Positions 18,097 to 26,400 of a DNA stretch of 64,000 nt are shown piece by piece. This stretch comes from Chitinophagales bacterium (GTDB lineage: Bacteria; Bacteroidota; Bacteroidia; Chitinophagales; BACL12). A program made the translations under genes and the position numbers. The number at the start of each line of letters is the position of its first letter. Within the stretch, counting starts at the first letter, position 1. The DNA lies in NCBI GenBank assembly GCA_041751015.1, contig JBGSYF010000017.1:4913-68912 (forward strand), in the 5' to 3' direction. A model generated the notes under the pieces. That model was not told the DNA's origin. It searched no databases and was given only the letters and a program-made list of their open reading frames with translations.

Positions 18097-18187
18097 GGAA
18101 TATAATGGCTGAAGGGCGCACCAAGCGTTCATTTTGACCGTATATTGATCAGAGAGAATACCGCACTGCAGCCTCAAAACAGCACCT

Positions 18188-18853
18188 GTGTTAGCCAGCG
18201 ACCTCATATCCGACAATATCCCGCCACTGAAGCCCTCCGACTCCGGAACACGGGCTATGGAGTGGTTGTATGAGTTCCGCACTACGCATCTGCCCGTGGT
18301 GGATAAAGGGCAGTACCTGGGTCTGATCAGCGAGGAAGACATCATGGATTTCAACCATCCCGATGAGCCGCTTTCTCTGATCGAAAGGCCGCTGTACCGT
18401 CCCCTGGTTCACGAAAATGACCACCTCTACGAAGTCATGCGGGTGGCCGCTGACATTCGCTCTACGCTCATTCCCGTGCTGGACGATGAAGGTCACTATC
18501 TGGGGCTCATCACCCTGATGGGACTGCTGCAACACTTCGCCCAGGCCAGCGGCATGCGCGACGAAGGCGGTATTCTGATCATACGGCTCAAAGGCCTCAA
18601 AGAGTATCTGCTCAGCGATATCTGCCGACTGGTAGAGAGCAATAACGCCTATGTATTGAGCAGTTTCTTGCGCAACGTCCCAAATTCATCCGATATTCGG
18701 CTCACGTTAAAAGTCAGCACGACCGAGATTCAGCACATCGTTTCCACCCTAGAGCGCTTCGAATACGATGTCGAGGCCTGGTTCAAAGAAGAACAGGGTG
18801 TTGATGAGCTGAAAGACCGGTACGATTCTCTGATGAACTACCTGAATATCTGA
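18188..18853 (+). CDS. CBS domain-containing protein
   Basis: GTG start. The tandem-CBS pattern (DLISDNIPPLKPSDSGTRAMEWL..., HLPVVDKGQYLGLISEEDI, LIPVLDDEGHYLGLITLMGLL) is the conserved neighbour of nadK in Bacteroidota. Confidence 0.75.
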   Translation: MLASDLISDNIPPLKPSDSGTRAMEWLYEFRTTHLPVVDKGQYLGLISEEDIMDFNHPDEPLSLIERPLYRPLVHENDHLYEVMRVAADIRSTLIPVLDDEGHYLGLITLMGLLQHFAQASGMRDEGGILIIRLKGLKEYLLSDICRLVESNNAYVLSSFLRNVPNSSDIRLTLKVSTTEIQHIVSTLERFEYDVEAWFKEEQGVDELKDRYDSLMNYLNI

Positions 18854-18887
18854 GCGTCTGCGCCCTTTTGTCCTTCTGCTGGTCGCT

Positions 18888-20330
18888 TTGTTGTGGAGTC
18901 CTCTGTTTTCCGGGGCTGCATCACTGTCTTTGCCTTTCGCGGATACTCTGCTCATCGAGTCTCCTGCTCTTGACCCCTCTTCGGACACCCTTTCGATAGA
19001 GGCCATCCGCATCAGGGGCAACAAGAAAACCAAAGCCTACGTCATCCTCCGGGAACTCCCCTTTCAGGCGGGAGATTGCCTCTACGCCCCCGAATTTGAG
19101 GGCCTGCTGGAGTTGAGTCGAACCCAGCTCAACAACACTTCACTGTTCAGCCTGATTGAGGTCAGAGACAGTGTGGTTGCCCCGGAGCGCATCTTCGTGC
19201 TGATTGACGTAATTGAGCGCTGGTACATCTTTCCCTCACCGGTATTTGAACTGGCCGACCGCAACATCAATGTTTGGTTTTCACAATTCAATGCAGACAT
19301 CAACCGCATCAATTTTGGCATTGCCACAACCTTCTACAACCTGAGCGGCAACTACGACGAACTCAACAGCATTCTACAATGGGGCTTCACCCCAAAGGTT
19401 GAGCTTGAATACATCAGGCCCTATATCGCCAAAAGTCCGCGCCACGGTTTCTCCGTCATGGGATCCTACAGCGTCAACCGCCAGGTTCCCTACATCAATA
19501 CCGGCGACAGAGAGGAGTTTGTCACGCTAGAAGATTTCAGCCTGACCAGGTTCAGGATACTGGGGCGATACCTGCGCCGCAACGGGGCCTTTCAATTTCA
19601 CTCTACTGAATTAAAATATAATTATAATAGTATAAAAGATACAATTGCACAGCTCAACCCCGATTTCTTTCTCGACGGAAGGCTCCGGCAGCAATTCATT
19701 ACGCTGAGTTATACCTATCTCTACAACCGGGTAGATGCCCGGGCCTATCCGCTCAAAGGCATCTACTCTACTTTCACGCTGCGCAAGATCGGCATCGGTT
19801 TATTTGGGGATCTGGATCAGTGGAGCGCAATAGTCAGGCACAATCAGTATTTCGAAGGGCCGCTCGGTTTCTATGCCGCCTATCAGCTCATCGGCAAGAC
19901 CACTGTTGGCCAGGAGCACCCCTACCACAATCTGGAAGGTCTGGGTTTCTGCCAGGACCTGGTCAGGGGATACGAGCTCTATGCGATAGACGGTCAGGAT
20001 TACGCCGTGGTGAAAACCAATCTGAAGCGCAAGCTGTTCAGTGTTAACATTCCCAATCCACTCAAGAAGAAGAGTGCTTACTCCGGCATACCCTTTGCCC
20101 TTTACCTGAAAGCTTATGGAGATGCCGGATATGTCAACGATCGCTTCTACACCCAGGGAAATCCCCTGACCAATTCCCTCATGGTCGGGGGAGGTCTGGG
20201 CTTGGATTTCGTCACCTTCTACGACTGGGTCTTTAGAATGGAATACTCCTTTAACAGGCTGGGCGAAAAGGGTCTATTTTTACACGCGGTCCTGGACTTA
20301 AATACTTATGAGAATTGCAATCTATGGTAG
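18888..20330 (+). CDS. BamA/TamA (Omp85) family outer-membrane protein with a single POTRA domain
   Basis: POTRA signature IRIRGNKKTKAYVILRELPFQAGD and a beta-barrel C-terminal half. The first canonical start is TTG 18888, but a signal-peptide-like sequence continues in frame upstream (see findings). Confidence 0.7.
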   Translation: MLWSPLFSGAASLSLPFADTLLIESPALDPSSDTLSIEAIRIRGNKKTKAYVILRELPFQAGDCLYAPEFEGLLELSRTQLNNTSLFSLIEVRDSVVAPERIFVLIDVIERWYIFPSPVFELADRNINVWFSQFNADINRINFGIATTFYNLSGNYDELNSILQWGFTPKVELEYIRPYIAKSPRHGFSVMGSYSVNRQVPYINTGDREEFVTLEDFSLTRFRILGRYLRRNGAFQFHSTELKYNYNSIKDTIAQLNPDFFLDGRLRQQFITLSYTYLYNRVDARAYPLKGIYSTFTLRKIGIGLFGDLDQWSAIVRHNQYFEGPLGFYAAYQLIGKTTVGQEHPYHNLEGLGFCQDLVRGYELYAIDGQDYAVVKTNLKRKLFSVNIPNPLKKKSAYSGIPFALYLKAYGDAGYVNDRFYTQGNPLTNSLMVGGGLGLDFVTFYDWVFRMEYSFNRLGEKGLFLHAVLDLNTYENCNLW

Positions 20331-21195
20331 GGTAATCCGGCCGGAAAATGTTCCCTACATCCGGCAACTGTTGCAATTGCTGCAAGACAGGCAGCACGAA
20401 GTACTGGTGTGTGAAAGCTACCTCCCGGAATTGGAAAACAGCCTGGGCAGCTCGGCAAGCTTCAAGGTTCTTAGAGAAAACGAGAACATCCGTCAAAGGG
20501 CTGACTTTCTGATCAGCATGGGCGGGGATGGCACCATACTGGACGCGGCCACCATTGTGCGAGATTCCGGTGTACCCATTCTGGGCATCAACATCGGGCG
20601 GCTGGGATTTCTCTCCAGCATAGGCAAAGAACAATTAGATAAAGCCATTCACGCGTTGGAGCAAGGCACCTTTGTTGCCGACCGGCGCAGCCTGCTGCAT
20701 CTGGACACCAATCCGGGCAAGCTTTTTGGTGAGACCTCCTTCGCCCTGAACGAGTTTACCATACTGAAGAAGGACAGCTCCTCCATGATCACCATTCATG
20801 TATACATCAACGGCGAATTCATGAGCTCCTATTGGGCGGACGGGCTGATCGTGGCTACACCCACCGGTTCCACCGGTTACAGCCTGAGCTGCGGGGGGCC
20901 TATCCTCTTCCCCGAAGCGCAAAACCTGATCATCTCGCCGGTTGCGCCCCACAACCTCAACATCCGGCCCATCGTGGTGCCCGATGATGTGATCATCTCT
21001 TTTGAGGTGGAAGGCCGGGCTGCAGAATACCTCATTACGCTGGACGCCCGTCAGATCAGCGTGCCCAATCAGATGCAACTGGCAGTGCGCAAAGAGTCTT
21101 TCTCGGTGAGCCTTATCCGCCTGGACGACATGAACTTCCTCACGACCCTGCGCAACAAGCTCAATCTGGGTGCCGATACCCGCAACCGGGCCTGA
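20308..21195 (+). CDS. nadK: NAD kinase
   Basis: MRIAIYGR..., GGDGTILDAA, TPTGSTGYSLSCGGPI. Confidence 0.9.
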   Translation: MRIAIYGRVIRPENVPYIRQLLQLLQDRQHEVLVCESYLPELENSLGSSASFKVLRENENIRQRADFLISMGGDGTILDAATIVRDSGVPILGINIGRLGFLSSIGKEQLDKAIHALEQGTFVADRRSLLHLDTNPGKLFGETSFALNEFTILKKDSSSMITIHVYINGEFMSSYWADGLIVATPTGSTGYSLSCGGPILFPEAQNLIISPVAPHNLNIRPIVVPDDVIISFEVEGRAAEYLITLDARQISVPNQMQLAVRKESFSVSLIRLDDMNFLTTLRNKLNLGADTRNRA

Positions 21196-21236
21196 AACTA
21201 GTCATTAGCCGGACTTGAGCGCAACAATTCGCGCAC

Positions 21237-22904
21237 TCAGCTCTGCTCGGCCTTGATCATCGGTTTCAGATAGGAATTGAAGAAATTCGTCGCCGCCATC
21301 TTGTGCGGCAACAGCACCTCATCTGCCCCACATAACTGCAAGTACTCGGTATCTTTTTCATATATAGCAGTAACAAATATCTTTCCCGTATATTCCCGTC
21401 GCCTCAATTCCGCAACAAACAATGAGGCATCCTGTGCATTGGAAACCGTGCTGAGAATATACCTCGCTGATTCGTAGGGCATCTGATTTAAAATGTCCGG
21501 GTCTTCTATATCTCCATAGATCATATGTCTTCCCTGCAACTGACCCTGCTTGACAACAACCGGGTCAAAATCTACAACGATGTAATTGATGTCGGGATGC
21601 TCATCCAGCATCTCGGCCATGCGACTGCCAAAGCGGCCGTAACCAAAGATGATGATATCATATCCCCGTTCATTGTCGCTCTGCAACTCCATTTCGCGAT
21701 AGGGAATCTTTCGCTCAACAAGACTGAGTGCAGGTGCCATGAAGGCGTAGATCTGTTGTGAATACAAAATCATATAGGTCGAAAGGCCAATAGTAATCAG
21801 GCCCACCAGACTGATCAAACCCACGATGGGCTCGGTCAGATGCCCGATGGCCAGACCCATTCCCGCAAAGATCAGCGAGAACTCACTGATCTGAGCCACG
21901 GTCAGACCCGCCAGAAAGGAGGTGCGCTTTCGGTAGCCCATCAACCCCATGATGACCAACACAATAAGCGGGTTGCCGATCAACACAAACACAGAGAAAA
22001 TCAAAGCCGGCCCTACCAGGGCACTGATGTCAGCCAGATTGAGATTAGCCCCCAGGTTGACAAAGAAGAACAACAGCAGAAAATCCCTCAGGCTGATCAG
22101 GCGACTGCCGATGACCTCCTTGAAGGGAGAGGAAGCCAGACTGACGCCCGCCAGAAAAGCCCCCACTTCGCCGCTAAAACCAATCATCTGTCCCACCGCG
22201 GCCAGACTTACCGCCCAGGCTACCGCAAAGAGGGTCAGCAATTCCTGTGACTTGGCCAGAAAAGCGCTCAGGGTTGGGATAATCCATCGCATCATCAACA
22301 AAGTGCTGCCCAGCAGCAGGCTGCCCGAAAGTACAGTTCTGCCTATGCTTCCCCAGAGAGTGGCCGATTCGCTTTGCCGGAGCGAAGAGAGCACAATCAT
22401 CACCAGGATGACTACAATGTCCTGAACAATCAAGAAACCAACGGCAATCTGTCCGTGCAGAGAATCAATCTCCTTTTTGTCCGACAGCAATTTGACAATG
22501 ATGATGGTGCTGGAAAAGGTCAGCGCCACGGCGATGTAAAAACTGTGCAGGGTGCTAAAGCCCAGGCCATAACCGATGAAAAAGCCCACAAGAGAGGTAA
22601 AAAGCACCTGCCCCATACCCGTCATCAGGGCAATCTTTCCCACCGATTTGATGATGCGCAAGTCCAGCTTCAACCCGACGATGAACAAGAGAATGGCAAT
22701 TCCAATCTCCGCCAGCAAATCAATGTTTTCATGCGACTTGACCAGATCCAACACCGAAGGGCCGAGCAAGATGCCCAGCGCTATGAACATCACGATCAGA
22801 GGTTGCTTTAAGATCTGTCCTATTCCCCCGAGCAATGCCGCAAAAAACAAGATGATGGCAAACTCATAGAAGGGATGCTCGGCAAGCAGAGAAAAGCTGT
22901 TCAT
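21237..22904 (-). CDS. Kef-type cation/proton antiporter with C-terminal RCK/TrkA-N domain
   Basis: About 12 TM segments of the Na+/H+ exchanger type, then IIIFGYGRFGSRMA (Rossmann GxGxxG) and an RCK domain. The start overlaps the usp stop (ATGA). Confidence 0.85.
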   Translation of the reverse strand: MNSFSLLAEHPFYEFAIILFFAALLGGIGQILKQPLIVMFIALGILLGPSVLDLVKSHENIDLLAEIGIAILLFIVGLKLDLRIIKSVGKIALMTGMGQVLFTSLVGFFIGYGLGFSTLHSFYIAVALTFSSTIIIVKLLSDKKEIDSLHGQIAVGFLIVQDIVVILVMIVLSSLRQSESATLWGSIGRTVLSGSLLLGSTLLMMRWIIPTLSAFLAKSQELLTLFAVAWAVSLAAVGQMIGFSGEVGAFLAGVSLASSPFKEVIGSRLISLRDFLLLFFFVNLGANLNLADISALVGPALIFSVFVLIGNPLIVLVIMGLMGYRKRTSFLAGLTVAQISEFSLIFAGMGLAIGHLTEPIVGLISLVGLITIGLSTYMILYSQQIYAFMAPALSLVERKIPYREMELQSDNERGYDIIIFGYGRFGSRMAEMLDEHPDINYIVVDFDPVVVKQGQLQGRHMIYGDIEDPDILNQMPYESARYILSTVSNAQDASLFVAELRRREYTGKIFVTAIYEKDTEYLQLCGADEVLLPHKMAATNFFNSYLKPMIKAEQS

Positions 22905-23710
22905 TTAGGCAAAACAATTAAGGGTGTGGTTCCTTCGTAAACCAATTCGTTGATGATAAAGCGCCGGAAGAGTTTATCCGTCAGCGCGCGCGAACCCATC
23001 TGCACACATAGAAAGGCTCCTTCCTGACTGGCCATATGGCTTTTTATTTCCGCCAGTACATGTTCACCTTTGAAGAGCATCCAGGTGGCCTTAGTCTCTT
23101 CAAACTCAGCACCGAGTTCCTGCAGGTACTCCGCACACTCATCTTCGCGATCATCACTCCTGACCACACTGATGAATTCAAGTTTGCGCAGAGGCCCGCT
23201 GAAAGCTTTAAGCAGCTCTTTGAGGGCGGGTACATTGAGCGGAAACCTGGGGTTTACGGCAACCGTCAATTGAGAAGGAAGCGCTGCCGGCATGCCCAGT
23301 GGCAGAGCCAGAATAGTCGCATCGGTCTCTTCCATCACGCGGTTGATGGTGCTGCCGAGTAGAACCTGTCTGAGCAATCCCGTACCCTTGAGCCCGGCCA
23401 ACACCAGGGTTAAGCCATCCGGTATGCGGCATTCATCAATCATCTGGCTTAAAGGCCATTCGGACACGACAAAGCGAATGTTGCTGAGCTCCTCTGAGCC
23501 GCATATTTGTTTCAGTTTCGAAACACTCTCGTCCTTCTCCAATTGTAAGATCTCAGCCCGCGTGGATTGATCGGCCAAAGCGGGCGCAGCGCCGGGAATC
23601 TGGTGCAGCAACCACAACTCCGCGGGCAGTGATTTCTTCCAGTGCAGCGCCAGGCTCATCAAGGTTTTGGAGTAATCCGAAAAGTCAATCAGTGCTAAGA
23701 TTCGGGTCAT
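22901..23710 (-). CDS. universal stress protein (tandem Usp domains)
   Basis: 269 aa. Each half has the RILALIDFSDYS / LVLAGLKGTGLLRQVLLGSTINRV pattern of UspA-like proteins. Confidence 0.75.
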   Translation of the reverse strand: MTRILALIDFSDYSKTLMSLALHWKKSLPAELWLLHQIPGAAPALADQSTRAEILQLEKDESVSKLKQICGSEELSNIRFVVSEWPLSQMIDECRIPDGLTLVLAGLKGTGLLRQVLLGSTINRVMEETDATILALPLGMPAALPSQLTVAVNPRFPLNVPALKELLKAFSGPLRKLEFISVVRSDDREDECAEYLQELGAEFEETKATWMLFKGEHVLAEIKSHMASQEGAFLCVQMGSRALTDKLFRRFIINELVYEGTTPLIVLPK

Positions 23711-23724
23711 AGTCAGAGGATTGT

Positions 23725-23750
23725 CAGACTTGGGATTAATGGCAAGTCTG
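23725..23750. repeat. perfect 8-bp inverted repeat (CAGACTTG n10 CAAGTCTG) in the usp-kef / dsbA divergent region
   Basis: Read directly from the sequence. It lies 15-40 nt upstream of the usp ATG (minus strand), downstream of a near -7 box (TATCTTTA on the minus strand). Confidence 0.5.
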
Positions 23751-23825
23751 AAGCGAGCTAAAGATAATTGTACGGGTTAGATTCGCTGATGAATATACAA
23801 AAGCACTGAAAGCGAAACCATAAGC

Positions 23826-24560
23826 ATGGCAAAACATAGCATATTAATCTGCGCAATTTTTCTCAGCCTCTTTTCAGGATCAGCAACGCCAGCCCAAGCT
23901 CAACACGAAAAGAATTCAGCATCCCAGAGCCCTATGACCATCATCTATGCCTTTGACCCACTTTGCGGCTGGTGCTACGGATTTACCGGCGTCATTGACT
24001 CCTTTTACAACTTGCATAAAGACCAATTCAACTTTGAAGTGCTCAGCGGAGGCATGGTCAGAGGCGAACAGGCCGGTCCAATCGGCGAGGTAGCGGCCTA
24101 CATCAGCCAGGCCTACAAAGCGGTGGAAGATCGCACAGGGGTGCGCTTTGGGGAGGCATTTCTGGAGGGAACCCTGCCGGAAGGCAAGGCCATGTTCAGC
24201 TCTGTGCCCCCCTCTCAGGCCCTTCAGGTCATCAAGGCTCAAAAGCCCGCAGAAGCCCTGGCCTTCGCCGAAGCCCTGCAAAAGGCCATCTACTATGACG
24301 GAATGCACCCCGATGATCAGCAGGGGTTGGCCAAACTGGCCCAATCCTTTGGGCTGGATGCCCAGAATTTCCTGCTCGCGCTGAACAGCCCGGAGATCGC
24401 GCAAAAGACCGTGGAAGAGTTTGAACGGGTCAGCCAATTGGGGGTGACCGGCTTTCCAACCCTACTCCTGCTCAAAGAGGGTCAGTATCAGCGCCTGGCG
24501 GAGGGTTATCTGCCGCTGGAAGAGCTGGAAAAGCGCATTGCTTCCTCTGTTGAGCCCTGA
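23826..24560 (+). CDS. DsbA-family thioredoxin-fold protein (FrnE-like)
   Basis: Signal peptide, DPLCGWCYGF active-site motif, GVTGFPTLLL. Confidence 0.8.
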   Translation: MAKHSILICAIFLSLFSGSATPAQAQHEKNSASQSPMTIIYAFDPLCGWCYGFTGVIDSFYNLHKDQFNFEVLSGGMVRGEQAGPIGEVAAYISQAYKAVEDRTGVRFGEAFLEGTLPEGKAMFSSVPPSQALQVIKAQKPAEALAFAEALQKAIYYDGMHPDDQQGLAKLAQSFGLDAQNFLLALNSPEIAQKTVEEFERVSQLGVTGFPTLLLLKEGQYQRLAEGYLPLEELEKRIASSVEP

Positions 24561-24665
24561 AAATCAAGGCACTACCTCTTGCACTGGCCTAAAACAACAA
24601 AAGGGAAAAGCCTTCGTTTAATACGAAGCATACAGGCAGGCTTAGGCTGGAAGCCTACATTCCTC

Positions 24666-24673
24666 TATTTTTG
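24666..24673 (+). promoter_or_regulatory. -7 promoter box (TATTTTTG) upstream of the DUF6089-like gene
   Basis: Exact TAnnTTTG, 17 nt upstream of ATG 24691. Confidence 0.5.
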
Positions 24674-24690
24674 CGCCCTGTTTCGCCCAT

Positions 24691-25557
24691 ATGTTGTTAA
24701 AAAAAGCCTTTATCCCACTTGTTTTTGCTCTGGCCACTATGACCGCTGAATTGCGGGCTCAGATTGTACAGGGATCAGAGATCGGTATGTGGGCAGGTGC
24801 GGCCTATTCCTTCACGGACATCAATAACTCCATCCGGCACCTGCCCCTGACCCGCGAAGGCGCAGGCATCTTCTACCGCTGGAATTTCCACGACCGCTGG
24901 TCCATCAAACCCGGCTTCAGCTACGGCTACCTGCAAGGCGCTGATTCCCTGAGCGAGAATGTCTTTGAAAGCCGGCGCAACCTGAGCTACCGCAACATGA
25001 CCTACGCGCTGAGCGGGAGCATGGAGTTCAACTTCTTCAAGAAGAACCGGAAAAAGTATCAGCAGTACAACTTCTTCACCCCCTATATGGGCATCGGATT
25101 TGGGGTGTTTTACCACAATCCCCAAGCCTGGTTTCAGGGGGAATGGCAGGATCTCCGCCCATTGGGCACCGAAGGCCAGAATTTCGCTGAGCTCGGTTAT
25201 CCGGAGCCCTACAAGCGCATCAGCATCAGCGTTCCCATTTCGGGAGGCGTGAAATACTACTTCGCCAAACATTGGGCTGCGGGCTTTGAGTTCTCCTTCC
25301 ACAAGACTTTTACCGACTATCTGGACGATGTGTCCGGCAGCTATGTAGAGCAGGCTTTGCTGTTGGGCGGTCCCGAAGGGGCCCTGGCCGCAGCGCTGGC
25401 CGATCGCTCCACTGTCATTGATCTGCCTCAGGTCGGCATACCCGGAAGACAGCGTGGCGACAGCAAGCGCAATGATGCTTTTGCTTTTATGGGTATATCT
25501 CTCAGCTACGTATTTGCTGAAATGAAATGTCCCCCGCCGAGCGGCAAGGGATTCTGA
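24691..25557 (+). CDS. DUF6089-like outer-membrane beta-barrel protein
   Basis: Signal peptide and a beta-strand-rich sequence, in the conserved position directly upstream of uppS-bamA in Bacteroidota. The 423-aa antisense ORF is rejected. Confidence 0.7.
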   Translation: MLLKKAFIPLVFALATMTAELRAQIVQGSEIGMWAGAAYSFTDINNSIRHLPLTREGAGIFYRWNFHDRWSIKPGFSYGYLQGADSLSENVFESRRNLSYRNMTYALSGSMEFNFFKKNRKKYQQYNFFTPYMGIGFGVFYHNPQAWFQGEWQDLRPLGTEGQNFAELGYPEPYKRISISVPISGGVKYYFAKHWAAGFEFSFHKTFTDYLDDVSGSYVEQALLLGGPEGALAAALADRSTVIDLPQVGIPGRQRGDSKRNDAFAFMGISLSYVFAEMKCPPPSGKGF

Positions 25558-25629
25558 TTTAAGGACCTTTTGCCCTCCCTCTGGCTTTTTCCGCAGGCCT
25601 TTCCACCGATAAGTAAAGGGATATGGGTT

Positions 25630-25637
25630 TATCTTTG
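25630..25637 (+). promoter_or_regulatory. -7 promoter box (TATCTTTG) upstream of uppS
   Basis: Exact TAnnTTTG, 16 nt upstream of ATG 25654. Confidence 0.5.
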
Positions 25638-25653
25638 GCCGATATCTTCGCCA

Positions 25654-26400
25654 ATGAGTCTTTTGGACCGGTTGGACTCCGGTAAGGTTCCAAAACATGT
25701 GGCCGTCATCATGGACGGAAATGGTCGCTGGGCAAAGCAAAAAGGGCAGCCCAGGGTGTTTGGACACCGGCAGGGCGTTGAATCCGTTCGCGCTGTGGTC
25801 CGAGCTGCCCGCAAATGCGGGGTTCGCTACATCACCCTCTACGCTTTTTCGACCGAAAACTGGAACCGGCCCGACTGGGAGATCAACGCGTTGATGGAAT
25901 TGTTGGTGAGCTCGCTCAGAAAAGAAACCGCAGAATTGTTGAAGGAAGGTGTTAAGATCAGCGTTGTTGGCAATGTGGAGCGCCTGCCCTCCGTTTGCAA
26001 GCGTGAACTCGATGAAGCCATGAAGCTCACGGAAGCCAATAGCCAATTGACCATGACCCTGGCGCTAAGCTACAGCGGTCGCTGGGATATTCTAGAGGCG
26101 GCCCGCAAGCTGGCTGCCATGAGTGCGTCGGGACAGATTCAGGCTCAGGACATCGACGAATCCCTTTTCTCCCAGGCCTTGTCAACCGCCGCAATTCCCG
26201 ATCCAGAACTGATGATCCGCACCAGCGGTGAGTACAGGGTGAGCAACTATTTGCTCTGGCAGGGCGCTTACAGTGAGCTCTATTTCACGCCTACCTTATG
26301 GCCTGACTTTCGCGAAGAAGAATTCTATGCCGCCCTGCTCGACTATCAGAACAGAGAGCGCCGATTTGGAAAAACCAGCGAGCAAATTCAGGTCAAGTAA
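25654..26400 (+). CDS. uppS: isoprenyl transferase (undecaprenyl-diphosphate synthase)
   Basis: HVAVIMDGNGRWA, ITLYAFSTENWNRP, RTSGEYRVSNYLLWQGAYSELYF. ATG 25654 is preferred over the track start. Confidence 0.92.
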   Translation: MSLLDRLDSGKVPKHVAVIMDGNGRWAKQKGQPRVFGHRQGVESVRAVVRAARKCGVRYITLYAFSTENWNRPDWEINALMELLVSSLRKETAELLKEGVKISVVGNVERLPSVCKRELDEAMKLTEANSQLTMTLALSYSGRWDILEAARKLAAMSASGQIQAQDIDESLFSQALSTAAIPDPELMIRTSGEYRVSNYLLWQGAYSELYFTPTLWPDFREEEFYAALLDYQNRERRFGKTSEQIQVK

